A stretch of 64,000 bases of DNA from Phyllobates terribilis (taxonomy: Eukaryota): contig NW_027362761.1 in NCBI RefSeq assembly GCF_046119375.1, positions 775,930,001 through 775,994,000 of the forward strand, read 5' to 3'. The position numbers were made by a program, and so were the translations under genes. The notes under the pieces are model-generated. The model was not told the origin of the DNA, ran no database searches, and worked only from the letters and a program-made list of their open reading frames with translations. Each line of letters begins with the position of its first letter. Position 1 is the stretch's first letter. Below are positions 22,184-33,000 of the stretch, one piece after another.

Positions 22184-25100
22184 CATCTCTAATGCTGTCG
22201 GTCTCTATCATCTGCGGGGAGAATCGTTATTTTGAACTGGCTCAACTTGACTCTGGAGCTGTCGGAAATCTCATTTCTCAGTCTCTGGTAGAGAGATACC
22301 GCATTCCCACCAAACCTCTGGCTGTACCCTTATCTGTCGCCGCCGTGGATGGGGGCCTCTTACCACATCCCATCCAACTCATCACCGAATCCATAACTCT
22401 GCAGGTGGGAATGCTGCACTCTGAGAGCATCTTCTTCCATGTTCTGCCTGGACTCTCTCACGCCCTCTTGCTAGGCCTACCTTGGCTCCAGAGACACGCA
22501 CCCGTGCTTGATTGGCAGACCGGAGAAGTTCTTCGCTGGGGACAGGACTGCCATAAGACTTGTTTAGTTCCCGTTCATCCTGCTCGTCCTTCTCCAACCC
22601 CAGCCAATCTACCAGGCCTACCGGTTCCCTATTGGTCTTTTGCGGACGTCTTTAATAAAAGAGAAGCAGAGACATTACCCCCTCATAGACCATACGACTG
22701 CCCAATTGACCTGATGCCCGGCGCTACTCCTCCCCGTGGGCGTATTTACCCTTTGTCCGCTGCTGAGACCCGGTCCATGTCTGAATATATTGAGGAGAAT
22801 CTGGCCCTGGGATTTATCCGGAAATCTACCTCCCCGGCGGGAGCAGGCTTCTTCTTCGTCAAAAAGAAGGACGGCTCACTCCGTCCCTGTATAGACTATA
22901 GAGGCCTTAACCAGATCACAGTGAAGAATAAATACCCCCTTCCGCTCATTCCTGAATTATTTGACCGTCTGAGGGGGGCTAGAATCTTCACCCAGCTGGA
23001 CCTCCGTGGGGCATATAATCTGGTCCGTATCCGTCAGGGGGATGAATGGAAGACGGCATTCAACACCCGGGACGGCCACTATGAATATCTTGTAATGCCC
23101 TTCGGTCTCTGTAACGCTCCCGCCGTCTTTCAAGAGTTGGTCAATGACATCTTCCGTGACCTTCTCTACTCCTGCGTGGTGGTATACCTGGACGACATCT
23201 TGGTCTTCTCTCCGGATCTTCTCACTCACCGGAGGGACGTTCGTCAGGTCCTGCTCAGGCTCAGGCAGAACCACCTCTACGCTAAATATGAGAAGTGCCT
23301 CTTTGAGCAGACCTCGCTTCCGTTCCTGGGCTACATAATCTCTCAGACCAGCCTACAAATGGACCCTGAGAAACTGTCTGCCATCCAGAAGTGGCCCCGA
23401 CCAGAGGGGTTGAAGGCTATTCAGCGGTTCCTGGGCTTCGCCAACTACTACCGCCTCTTCATTCCACATTTCTCTTCCCGGACTGCCCCTATCTCGGCGC
23501 TCACCCGTAAGGGCGCTAATCCCAGAGAATGGCCGCCCGAAGCAGAGGAGGCCTTCCTTTCCTTAAAACAAGCTTTTTCCTCCGCCCCTGTGCTGCATCG
23601 TCCGGGCGGCAACAAACAATTCTTTCTAGAAGTCGACGCTTCCTCCTCCGGAGCCGGAGCAGTACTTACCCAAAAGTCGTCTTCCGGAAGAATGGTAATT
23701 TGCGGCTTCTTCTCCAATCTCTTCTCCTCTTCTGAGTGCAATTATTCTATAGGAGACCGAGAATTGTTGGCCATTAAGCTGGCACTGGAGGAGTGGCGTT
23801 ACCTGCTCGAGGGGGCTCTTCACCCGGTAATAATTTACACGGACCACAAGAACTTGGCTTACCTCCAGAGTGCCCAGAGACTTAACCCGCGCCAAGCCCG
23901 GTGGTCCTTGTTCTTCGCCCGCTTTAATTTCATTCTTCATTTTCGGCCGGCTGACAAAAACATCAAAGCTGATGCTTTATCCCGATCCTTTTTGGTCTCT
24001 GATCTTGAGGAGGAGCCTAAACACATCATCGCCCCCTGCCAAAGTAATGCAAGTGGCCCCCTTGAATCTTAATCGTCTTCCACCCGGTAAGACGTTCGTA
24101 ACTGTTCCTGATCGTGAGAAGGTTCTACACTGGGGACACTCGTCCAAGCTAGCTGGCCACGCTGGTCAGAAAAAGACCCTCCAGCTTATTACCCGGCATT
24201 ACTGGTGGCCTACCCTGCACAAGGACGTAATAGACTTTGTTTCAGCCTGTGTGTCCTGCGCCCGCAACAAGGTTCCGAGACATCTGCCAGCCGTCCGTCT
24301 CCTTCCTCTTCCTGTACCTGCTACCCTGTGGCAGCATATAGCTATGGACTTAATAACGGACCTCCCTGTCTCTGCCGGTTGTACGGTCATATGGGTGGTC
24401 GCTGACCGCTTTTCCAAAATGGCTCACTTTATTCCCCTGCCGGGTCTCCCGTCTGCATCATAGTTAGCTAAAGACTTTATCCATCATGTCTTCCGTCTTC
24501 ATGGTCTTCCTCTCCACATCGTATCCGACTGAGGGGTTCAGTTCACCTCTCGTTTTTGGCGAGCCATGTGTAAACTGCTGGGGGTCACCTTGGACTTTTC
24601 TTCTGCGTATCACCCACAGTCCAATGGCCAAGTAGAACGGATCAACCAAATTTTAACCAGTTACCTCCGGCACTTTGTTAATGCTCACCATTCCGACTGG
24701 GTGGATCTTTTACCGTGGGCCAAATTTTCTTGCAATAATCACGAGAGCGAATCTTCCTCCAAATCCCCGTTTTTTGTAGTCTTCGGTCAGCATCCTCGGA
24801 TCCCGTTTCCCGTCTCCGCCTCGGTGGACAATCCGGCTGCGGAATCTCTCATTAACGAATTTTCCTCCATTTGGGAAAGTACCAGATCCACACTTCTTCA
24901 ATCATCCGAGCGGATGAAAAAACAGGCTGACAAGAGACGTCTGGATCCACCACAATTCCGTCCTGGAGATAAGGTCTGGCTCTCGTCCAAATATGTCCGG
25001 CTCAAGATTCCTTCCTACAAGTTAGGGCCTCGGTTCATTGGCCCACTGGAAGTTATCAAACAAATCAACCCGGTGGCCTAGAAATTGAAACTCCCGGCCA

Positions 25101-25395
25101 ATTTGCGGATTCTTAACTCCTTCCATGTATCTCTACTCAAGCCCGTGATACTTAACTCTTTTTCCAAGTCTACAGGTACGCCTCCTGCTCCGGTTTCCGC
25201 TGAAAACGAGTTTGAGGTAGAGAACATTCTGGCCACCAAAAGGGTAAGAGGAAGGACCTTTTTTCTAGTGGATTGGAAGGGGTTTGGTCCTGAGGAGAGA
25301 ACATGGGAGCCCCGGGAGAACGTCCATGCCCCCGCTCATCCTTGATAAATTTCTGTCTAGCCTAAAAAAGGGGGGGCCTAAAGGGGGGGTACTGT
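22123..25395 (+). pseudogene. pol: pol of element C (PR-RT-RNaseH-INT-chromodomain), disabled in its 3' half
   Basis: LDSGA protease motif, YLDD, RNase H, integrase and chromodomain motifs. +1 frameshift near 24030, stops at 24461, 24530 and 25079, and a frameshift near 25333 relative to element A. Confidence 0.93.
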
Positions 25396-26587
25396 AACGT
25401 CGGCGTCCCTGCCTCCTGCTAGGCAGGGACGACTTTCCCCTCACCTCTCCGCTCCGTGCCCGGCGTCTTCCTCCCTCTCTGCTGGCAGCGCGCGCTGCTT
25501 CCCGGCCTCTGTGCTTAGGGCGCGCGCACGCTCCCCCTCTCTTAAAGGGGCCACGCGCGCCGTCCTAAGGAGTCCCCGGCCAATGGCCTGAGGACCTCAC
25601 CATATATAAGGCACCTCCTCCAAAATGGAGGTGCCCGAGCAATGTTGTTGCAAAGCCTTTCAACTCTGCTTCAGCCCTCAGGTCCCGTTACCAGTTACCT
25701 GCCAGTCACCTGCCAGATTCCTGCTTGATACCTGCCCGATACCAGCCTGATATCTGCTTACCTGCTTGCTATCCTGTGGTCCGACAGTCTGCCTACCAGC
25801 ACCTGCCAGTCTGTCTATGGATCAGTCCACCTGTGGACCAGGAAGTACCTGCCTGATACCTGCCTGCCTGTCCAGAGACTCTTACTCGCTCACCTGGGAG
25901 CGCTCACCTGCTACCTGCCTGCTAGCCTACCTGGAGGCTTAGGCGTCACTTGCTGTGACCACCTGCCTGTCCAGAGACTCTTGCCCGCTCACCTGGGAGC
26001 GCTCACCTGCTACCTGCCTGCTAGTCTACCTGGAGGCTCTGCCGTCACTTGCCGTGAACACCTGCCTGTCCAGAGACTCTTGACCGCTCACCTGGGAGCG
26101 CTCACCTGCTACCCGCCTGCTAGCCTACCTGGAGGCTCTGCCGTCACTTGCCGTGACCACCTGCCTGTCCAGAGACTCTTGCCCGCTCACCTGGGAGCGC
26201 TCACCTGCTACCTGCCTGCTAGCCTACCTGGAGGCTCTGCCGTCACTTGCCGTGACCACCTGCCTGTCCAGAGACTCTTGCCCGCTCACCTGGGAGCGCT
26301 CAGCTGCTACCTGCCTGCTAGCCTATCTAGAGACTCTTTCCCTGCTGTCACTTGCCGTGACCACCTGCCCGTTTAGAGACTCTTACCCTGCTGTCACTTG
26401 CCGTGACCATCCGCCTGTCAAGAGACTGTCCCCGTCACTTGCCGTGACCTCCTGCCCTTCTACCCAGAGACTGTCCCTGTCACTTGCCGTGACTACCTGC
26501 CCGCCTTTTCTGGGAGCCACCCTCTTCCTTACAAGGACTGCCCCTTTGTATAGTTGCTCAGAGGTTCCACCTCCCAGACCCGTTACA
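25393..26587 (+). repeat. 3' LTR of element C (1195 bp)
   Basis: TGTAACG...GTTACA. Five 99-bp units (25870, 25969, 26068, 26167, 26266) versus three in the 5' LTR. Confidence 0.96.
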
Positions 26588-27491
26588 AAATGCAAAGTTT
26601 ATAAAGCCTTTTTAAGCATTTGTCTAGGTGTTAAACACTAGAGGGCTGGTTAGGCAGCGTATTTAGCAACAAATAGTCTAATGCTAGTGGGTTGGAGTTC
26701 ATGGGGGACCTGTCAGGTTCCCTTTAAATCAGACACTTAGGAACGTTGTAGACTAGGTTTTGGTTCTATCGGGCCTACAATTAGTTTCTACTGTCTAGAA
26801 CTTACCTTTCTTGAGATATTCGCCAAAAAAATAGAACACCAATAGAAATATTTACTGCCAAACACCTGTTCCAAAATGCCCTATATTTGCCTCTTTTACA
26901 CCAGATTTCAGCTGTCTAAGACCTACCATTCTCGACAAATTGACTGAAAAAAAATAACACAAAAATATTCTCAAAATATTTGGAAAAAAATGGAATACGA
27001 AATCAAATACAAATATACAGCTAAATTACTAAACTATTCAACACCAAATCTGGCATACAGGTAAATCAGGCTCTTTGGACTGTTTTAATCCAGGTTTCAG
27101 CTCCCTAAGATCTACTGTCCTCGATAAATTCGCAAAAAAACAGAATATAAATGAAAAGATTAATTTATGGATAAACCACTATACCAGTCTGCCCTTATTT
27201 TGGCACATACAGTTAGGTCTAGAAATATTTAGACAGTGACCAAATCTTTGTGATTTGGGCTCTGCATGCCACTCTTTTTTATTTAAAGCACACCTGTCAG
27301 CAGGATTGTGCTCAGTAAACTACATACACTGTCAGGTGGGCGACATTACACTGTTTAAAATGATCTCTTGGTTGATTAAATCCGTCCTGTGGTTCTTGTG
27401 TAATGTTTACTTTCAGTTTGGAGATAATGATATGCCTGTGCCCCGGGGCAGCCTGTGGGGAGCGCTCTATCTTGTGCTCTGCTTGCATATT

Positions 27492-28531
27492 TGTGTCACC
27501 CTGACCTGGATGCCACAAGTGTAATTAAAGCTGTGTCTGAGAGCAAGGGGGAGGTTCTCTAGTCAGGGGAACATTAGCATGCAATGCCTCCTGTCTCAGG
27601 CCAGTAGGGGGAGCTGGCTGCCCCTATAAAAGCTGGTACTGAGGGCAGGGTTAGAGAGAACTGGAAAGCCTGTCTCAGCACTGAGACGTGTCCCAGAGTG
27701 GAGCAGGGACAGAAAGTTGATTGCACCTAAGAGGAAGTGTGGCAGGAGGAGAGCCACAAGCCAGAGACAAGAGGCGAAGAGAGCCTGTCTTGGCAGAGAA
27801 AAGACTTAATTTTACCAGACTTTGGTGTCTGAGGCTGGAAGGATTCCACATCCCCCAGCAGAGAACCAGTCCGCAAGGGACTGTACATTCCTTGGCCTAA
27901 GAAGCCTGGAGGCCCTGCCACAACCGAAGGGACCAGTAAAGCCGTACAAGGCTGGGAGCAGAAAGGAACCCACGTCGCAGGCCATACAGGCGAGAATACA
28001 CGGAGAGCTCGGAAACGTGGGCTGTTATCCTATCAGGAGGAGATAGCCAGAAGGAGCGCAGAAAGCACGGTAGGCCTACACCCTCACCCTGACCAGGGCC
28101 AATTTCCCCGTTGCTCTCAGACATCCAGGTCCCCTCCTAGCCGGGACTGTTTGTGGGTCAATTTACCTGTTTTAGTAAAGACCCTGGACTGCAACCTGTT
28201 GTCTGTGTGCTCCTTGCTCCTCCAGCACTACCAGCACTGGGACTCTCACTACCATCACTCCCACCATCCACTATACTGCCCTGGGGCCGCACTCTTCCCG
28301 TGGGGAGTCACACTACCCTAGCTGCACACCTCATCAGCCCCAGCGGTCTGCATGCAGCGGCGGTTCCTAATAACCGCAATCCACGGGTGGCGTAGTCGGA
28401 CATAAACATCAGTACATAACGGACTACCACTGGCCTGACCACCCTGAGCCACGGAACCGGGTTGCCACTACTACTCCCACCGTTTCCCTATTGCCCGGAT
28501 CCGAGTGCCCCACGGCCCAGGGGGCGAGTCA
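27492..28531 (+). repeat. 5' LTR of element D
   Basis: TG...CA termini, TATAAA at 27625, AGTAAA at 28174. Confidence 0.96.
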
Positions 28532-28535
28532 GCTT

Positions 28536-28554
28536 TGGCATAGTCGGCAGGATT
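28536..28554 (+). promoter_or_regulatory. tRNA-Ser primer-binding site of element D
   Basis: TGGCATAGTCGGCAGGATT versus TGGCGTAGTCGGCAGGATT, the complement of the vertebrate tRNA-Ser(AGA/TGA) 3' end as recalled. One mismatch, 4 nt after the LTR. Confidence 0.88.
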
Positions 28555-28980
28555 TCGTGCCCGCAACCACCGGGTACTGCGTGCCTGAAAAAGACTTTTG
28601 TAACTTACCTGTGGCGAAGTTTCCCGCCGTCCGGAGTCGTTTCCCGCCATCCGGAGCCGATTCCTGCCATCAGACGCCATCTTGGACCTTTTCCCGCCGT
28701 CTTCTGCCGTCTTCCCGCCATCCGCAGCTGCTTCCCGCCATCGGACTCCATCTTCAGGACGCTGCGCGGGAAGAAGAGGGGCGTGGACGTCAAAACCGCG
28801 CGGGATCCGAAGCTCCGCCCCACGCACCGACGCTGCGCAAGGTCCTGGAAGGGAGAGACAGCGACGCTGACGTCATCAGGACGCGACGCCAGGTCCTCGT
28901 CCATAGCAGCAGCAGCGGAGCCGCGGCCTACAGAAGAGGATCGTCGGAAGGTAGGCCACGCTTAACTAGGGGGGAGGAAG

Positions 28981-29973
28981 ATGTCGGACACAGAGGCCCC
29001 CACTACCACCAACGCAGCTGCAGCAGCGGTGATGCCCTTTTCCCTGCCCTACATCCCTGGAGCGGCCTGGCTGCCCAAATACTCAGGGGAGCCCCATGCC
29101 CTAACTGACTTCAAGGAAAGGCTATACAGTTTGTTCCAGGTTTACCCCCTGACAGAGGAACAGAAGGTCAGCATATTGACAGGGCAGTTAACTGGCGCAG
29201 CCCAAAGGAAGGTAAAATCATGGCCCACTGAGGAGAAAAGGACTGTGAAGGGTATTCTGGCCCGGCTGCGGGGTACCTTTGACACACGTACCTCCGCTGA
29301 AATTAAAATGAGGTTCTATGGATGTAAGCAGCGGGCACAGGACAGCATCAGAGACTATGCCCTAAATCTACAGGAAGCCTTGAGGGCTATTCAACAAACT
29401 GACCCTGGCAGTGTGCAGGACACCGATAAGCTGCTAACAGAACAATTCATAGAGGGTCTGCTGTCTAGCGCCCACAGGGCCCAACTGCGCCTCATGTTCT
29501 TTCAGAACCCCGACCTGACCTTTGCCCAATTTAAGGACAGGGCCATAAGGGTGCTCCGTGAATCTGCAACCAGTGTCGCTATAAACCCCCGGCGCCCTGC
29601 TATCACTTACCACCAGGAGGCGGCGCCCTCCTCTATGGACTCCGTGGAGGCTGATGCACAGGCCATGAACCAAGCCCCGTCGAAAGATCTGCACCACCAA
29701 GTCCAGGAGCTGACCAGGAGCGTCGCGGCGTTGACCAGGACCGTCCAGGCGTTGCAAGTGGACCCGTCAAGACCCATCGAGCTGGCTTCAAGTCCGGAGG
29801 ATGTCCTGTGGCGTCGACAGAGGAGGATCCCGTCGTTCCGAGGGAGGCCCACAGACCGCTACGCAGAGGATGGACAGCCCATTTGCCGTCGATGCATCCA
29901 GCCCGGACACATTTCCAGGTACTGTAATTTAAACGGGTCCAACCTGGGGCAGAGGGCCAACCCCCAGGCATAA
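28981..29973 (+). CDS. gag: Gag of element D (PNMA-like capsid plus CCHC knuckle), 330 aa
   Basis: LPKYSGE, FYGCKQRAQDSIRDYALNLQEAL, LLTEQFIEGL, CRRCIQPGHISRYC. Confidence 0.93.
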   Translation: MSDTEAPTTTNAAAAAVMPFSLPYIPGAAWLPKYSGEPHALTDFKERLYSLFQVYPLTEEQKVSILTGQLTGAAQRKVKSWPTEEKRTVKGILARLRGTFDTRTSAEIKMRFYGCKQRAQDSIRDYALNLQEALRAIQQTDPGSVQDTDKLLTEQFIEGLLSSAHRAQLRLMFFQNPDLTFAQFKDRAIRVLRESATSVAINPRRPAITYHQEAAPSSMDSVEADAQAMNQAPSKDLHHQVQELTRSVAALTRTVQALQVDPSRPIELASSPEDVLWRRQRRIPSFRGRPTDRYAEDGQPICRRCIQPGHISRYCNLNGSNLGQRANPQA

Positions 29974-29987
29974 GATCACCAGGCCCT
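29928..29987 (+). promoter_or_regulatory. -1 ribosomal frameshift signal of element D
   Basis: T TTA AAC at 29928-29934 in the gag frame, 8-nt spacer, stem 1 CCTGGGG (29943-29949)/CCCCAGG (29962-29968), stem 2 AGGGCC (29953-29958)/GGCCCT (29982-29987). The -1 frame is open into pol. Confidence 0.85.
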
Positions 29988-30032
29988 TACAATTGGCGTA
30001 ATAAGTACATTGGGGGGCGCCCGGTTTTACCC

Positions 30033-33000
30033 GTGGTGCTGGACGGTATCCCCATGAACGCCTTGCTGGATACTGGGTCACAAGTAACCACTATCCCTTA
30101 TGTACTTTTTAAGCAGTATTGGACTGATGCTGATATCACACGGTATCCAGACAGTAACTTGAGCATCATCGCCAGTAATGGCTTACCCGTGCCGCAGATG
30201 GGGTTCAAGGAGATGACCATTAAAATTGGTAAAGTTGAACTGCCAGCACAGGGAGTGATTATTGTGGACATTGACCGTCATGAAAGTCACCCTAAAATAA
30301 CTGTGGGTACTAACATAATTGAAAATTGTCTTTCAGAGGTAATTGTAATTCTACAACAGGTGGCAGTGAATGCTAGTTCCAGCCAACAGAGAGTCCTCAA
30401 CAAGGAGATAAAAGCCCTGATGAGACGGCAGCAGGTAGAACTGTCTGGTGGTGAGATCGGTAGCGTAAGACTCAGTGATCCATTCCCCATTTCCATGCCT
30501 CCCAAAAGTGAAATGATGATCTGGTGTTGGACTGCAATCGGGTTGAGAGGTAGAGACTACCAAGCCATGGTAGAACCCGTGTACTCAGACAGCAGGCCCA
30601 CCATTTTGATAGCCCGGGGGGTGGTTGATGTCCGTCATGGGAGGGTGCCCGTCCGCATCCTCAACATTGGGGAGAGGGAAGTACACTTATCCAGGTACGC
30701 TACACTCGCCAAACTGTTTGTTGTCGAACACCAAGCTATCAGGGCCGTGGAACCCTTGCCTCCATCTCCTCAGGCGGAGGGTAATGGCTCCCAGAAACAA
30801 AAGGAGGACTGGTGCCAGAAACTCCATGTGGGTGCTGACTCCACTCCCCTGCACCAAAAACAAGGAGTCTACCGGGTGGTACAGGAGTACGAGAGAGTCT
30901 TTAGTAAGCACCCGCTAGACTTCGGCAGAGTAAAAGGGATAGAACACCACATCCCCACAGGGAGCCACCCACCAATAAAAGAGAGGCACAGACCTGTACC
31001 CCCTGCACATTATCAGAACGCAAAGGGCATGCTAAGAGAGATGAAAGAAGCTGGGGTTATTAGAGACAGCTGTAGCCCCTGGGAAGCCCCTTTGGTTCTG
31101 GTGAAAAAGAAAGACCGCACCATGAGAATGTGCGTGGACTATAGACAAATCAACCGTATCACCCACAAAGACGCATATCCGCTGCCTAGAATAGAGGAGT
31201 CTTTAGCCGCACTAAAATCTGCTAACTTCTTTTATACTTTGGACCTTACTAGCGGGTACTGGCAGGTTCCTGTGGCAGAGGCTGACAAGGAGAAGACCGC
31301 CTTCACCACCCCGATGGGACTGAGCGAATTCAACTGCATGCCTTTCGGACTCTGCAACGCACCAGGGACCTTCCAGCGGCTGATGGAATGCTGTCTAGGG
31401 CACCGAAACTTCGAGACGGTTCTCCTTTACCTGGACGACGTGATCGTCTATTCGAAGACCTACGAGGACCATATAAAGCACCTGGCCGAGGTGTTCGAAG
31501 CCCTGGTAGGCTATGGCCTGAAGGTGAAACCATCGAAGTGCCACCTGCTGAAACCAAAGGTCCAGTACCTAGGGCACGTGGTAAGCGCGGAAGGAGTGGC
31601 CCCCGACCCTGACAAGGTCACGGCAATCAAGAGCTGGCCAAGCCCCTCGAACATCAAAGAGGTGAGACAGTTTCTCGGGTTGGTAGGCTACTACCAAAGG
31701 TTCATCCCCGGGTTCACCAAGATGGCAGATCCTATGCAGGACCTCCTGATCGGACAGTCTAAGTCCAGGAGTCAAAAGCCACCTTTCAAGTGGGATAAAC
31801 CGGAAGAGGAGTCCTTCCGCCAGCTAAAGATGGCCCTCACGGGGGATGAGATCCTGGCCTACCCTGATTACGGCCAGCCTTTCATTCTCCACACAGATGC
31901 CAGTAATGTGGGACTGGGAGCCGTACTGTCCCAAAACCAACAGGGCAGAGAACGGGTGATCGCATACGCCAGCCGGAAGCTGAGGCCCACCGAGAGGAAC
32001 CCGGAGAATTACAGCTCCTTCAAGCTAGAATTCTTGGCGGTGGTGTGGGCCGTGACGGAACGCTTCAAGCATTACCTGGCCTCCGCAAAGTTCACCGTGT
32101 ACATGGACAACAACCCGTTGACACACCTGGACAATGCAAGACTGGGTGCCCTGGAACAGCGGTGGATGGCCCGTCTCTCCAACTATGACTTCGTGATCAA
32201 GTACCGGGCAGGCAAAACCAACGCCAACGCGGACGCCCTATCAAGAATGCCTCACTTACCTGAAGGTGACGAAGACCCAGAAGAGCTGGAGGAGGTAGAA
32301 CTCCCCGCGTTTCACCGGTATGGAGCCGCTCAACACTCTCACCGCGTGAAGGAGGAGGATCTAACAACTGTGATGATGAATCCCCTACCTCACCACAGCT
32401 GGGCCGAGACCCAAGATAGTGACCCTGCAGTCCGCCTGGTGAAAGATCTGCTGACCCGGGAAGACGCCCGCCTAGATCCAGATGCCCCAGAGGAAGCCAA
32501 GCAGCTATGGAAGGAGAAGAGCAAGCTGTTCCTCTACGAAGGCAAGTTGTGCAGAAGGATTGTTAACCACCGGACGCACGAGCTGACCTGGCAAGTCGTG
32601 GTCCCAAGGCGAGATGCAGCTATGGTACTGGGGGCTTACCATGACAGAGCGGGACACTTCGGTTGGAAGAAACTGGAGTTCCTACTAAGAGGAAGGTTCT
32701 TTTGGGTCTGCATGAGAGGAGCTGTGGAAAAATGGTGTAGAGACTGTGGCCCTTGTCACCTAAGGAGGAAGGACCGTACCAGCCAGAAGACACCCTTGAG
32801 GCCCATCGTCACCACGCAGCCTCTTGAGCTGGTAGCTCTGGACCATGTCAAATTGGCTCCCAGCCGGTCAGGATACATCTATGCCCTGACAATCGTGGAC
32901 CACTATTCCCGTTTTCTAGTGGTGGTCCTGGTAAAGGACTTGACAGCCCAAACAGCGGCCAGAGCCTTCCAACGATACTTCTGCCGTCCTCACGGGTATC

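Larger units (their letters stand above)
20126..26587 (+). mobile_element. Complete Ty3/Gypsy chromovirus C with 5-bp TSD AAATG
   Basis: LTRs 20126-21177 and 25393-26587 (TG...CA). AAATG at 20121-20125 and 26588-26592. gag, pol, and a PPT at about 25364-25389. Confidence 0.98.

Noticed and set aside
28536-28554. tRNA gene
   Set aside because: Only an 18-19 nt complement of a tRNA 3' end, including CCA, so a PBS. The same applies at 58847 and 59293.
28462-29108. Extra ORFs upstream of gag in element D (167 and 205 aa)
   Set aside because: They start inside the LTR at non-ATG codons, run across the PBS through a GC-rich leader, have low-complexity composition and show no motif.
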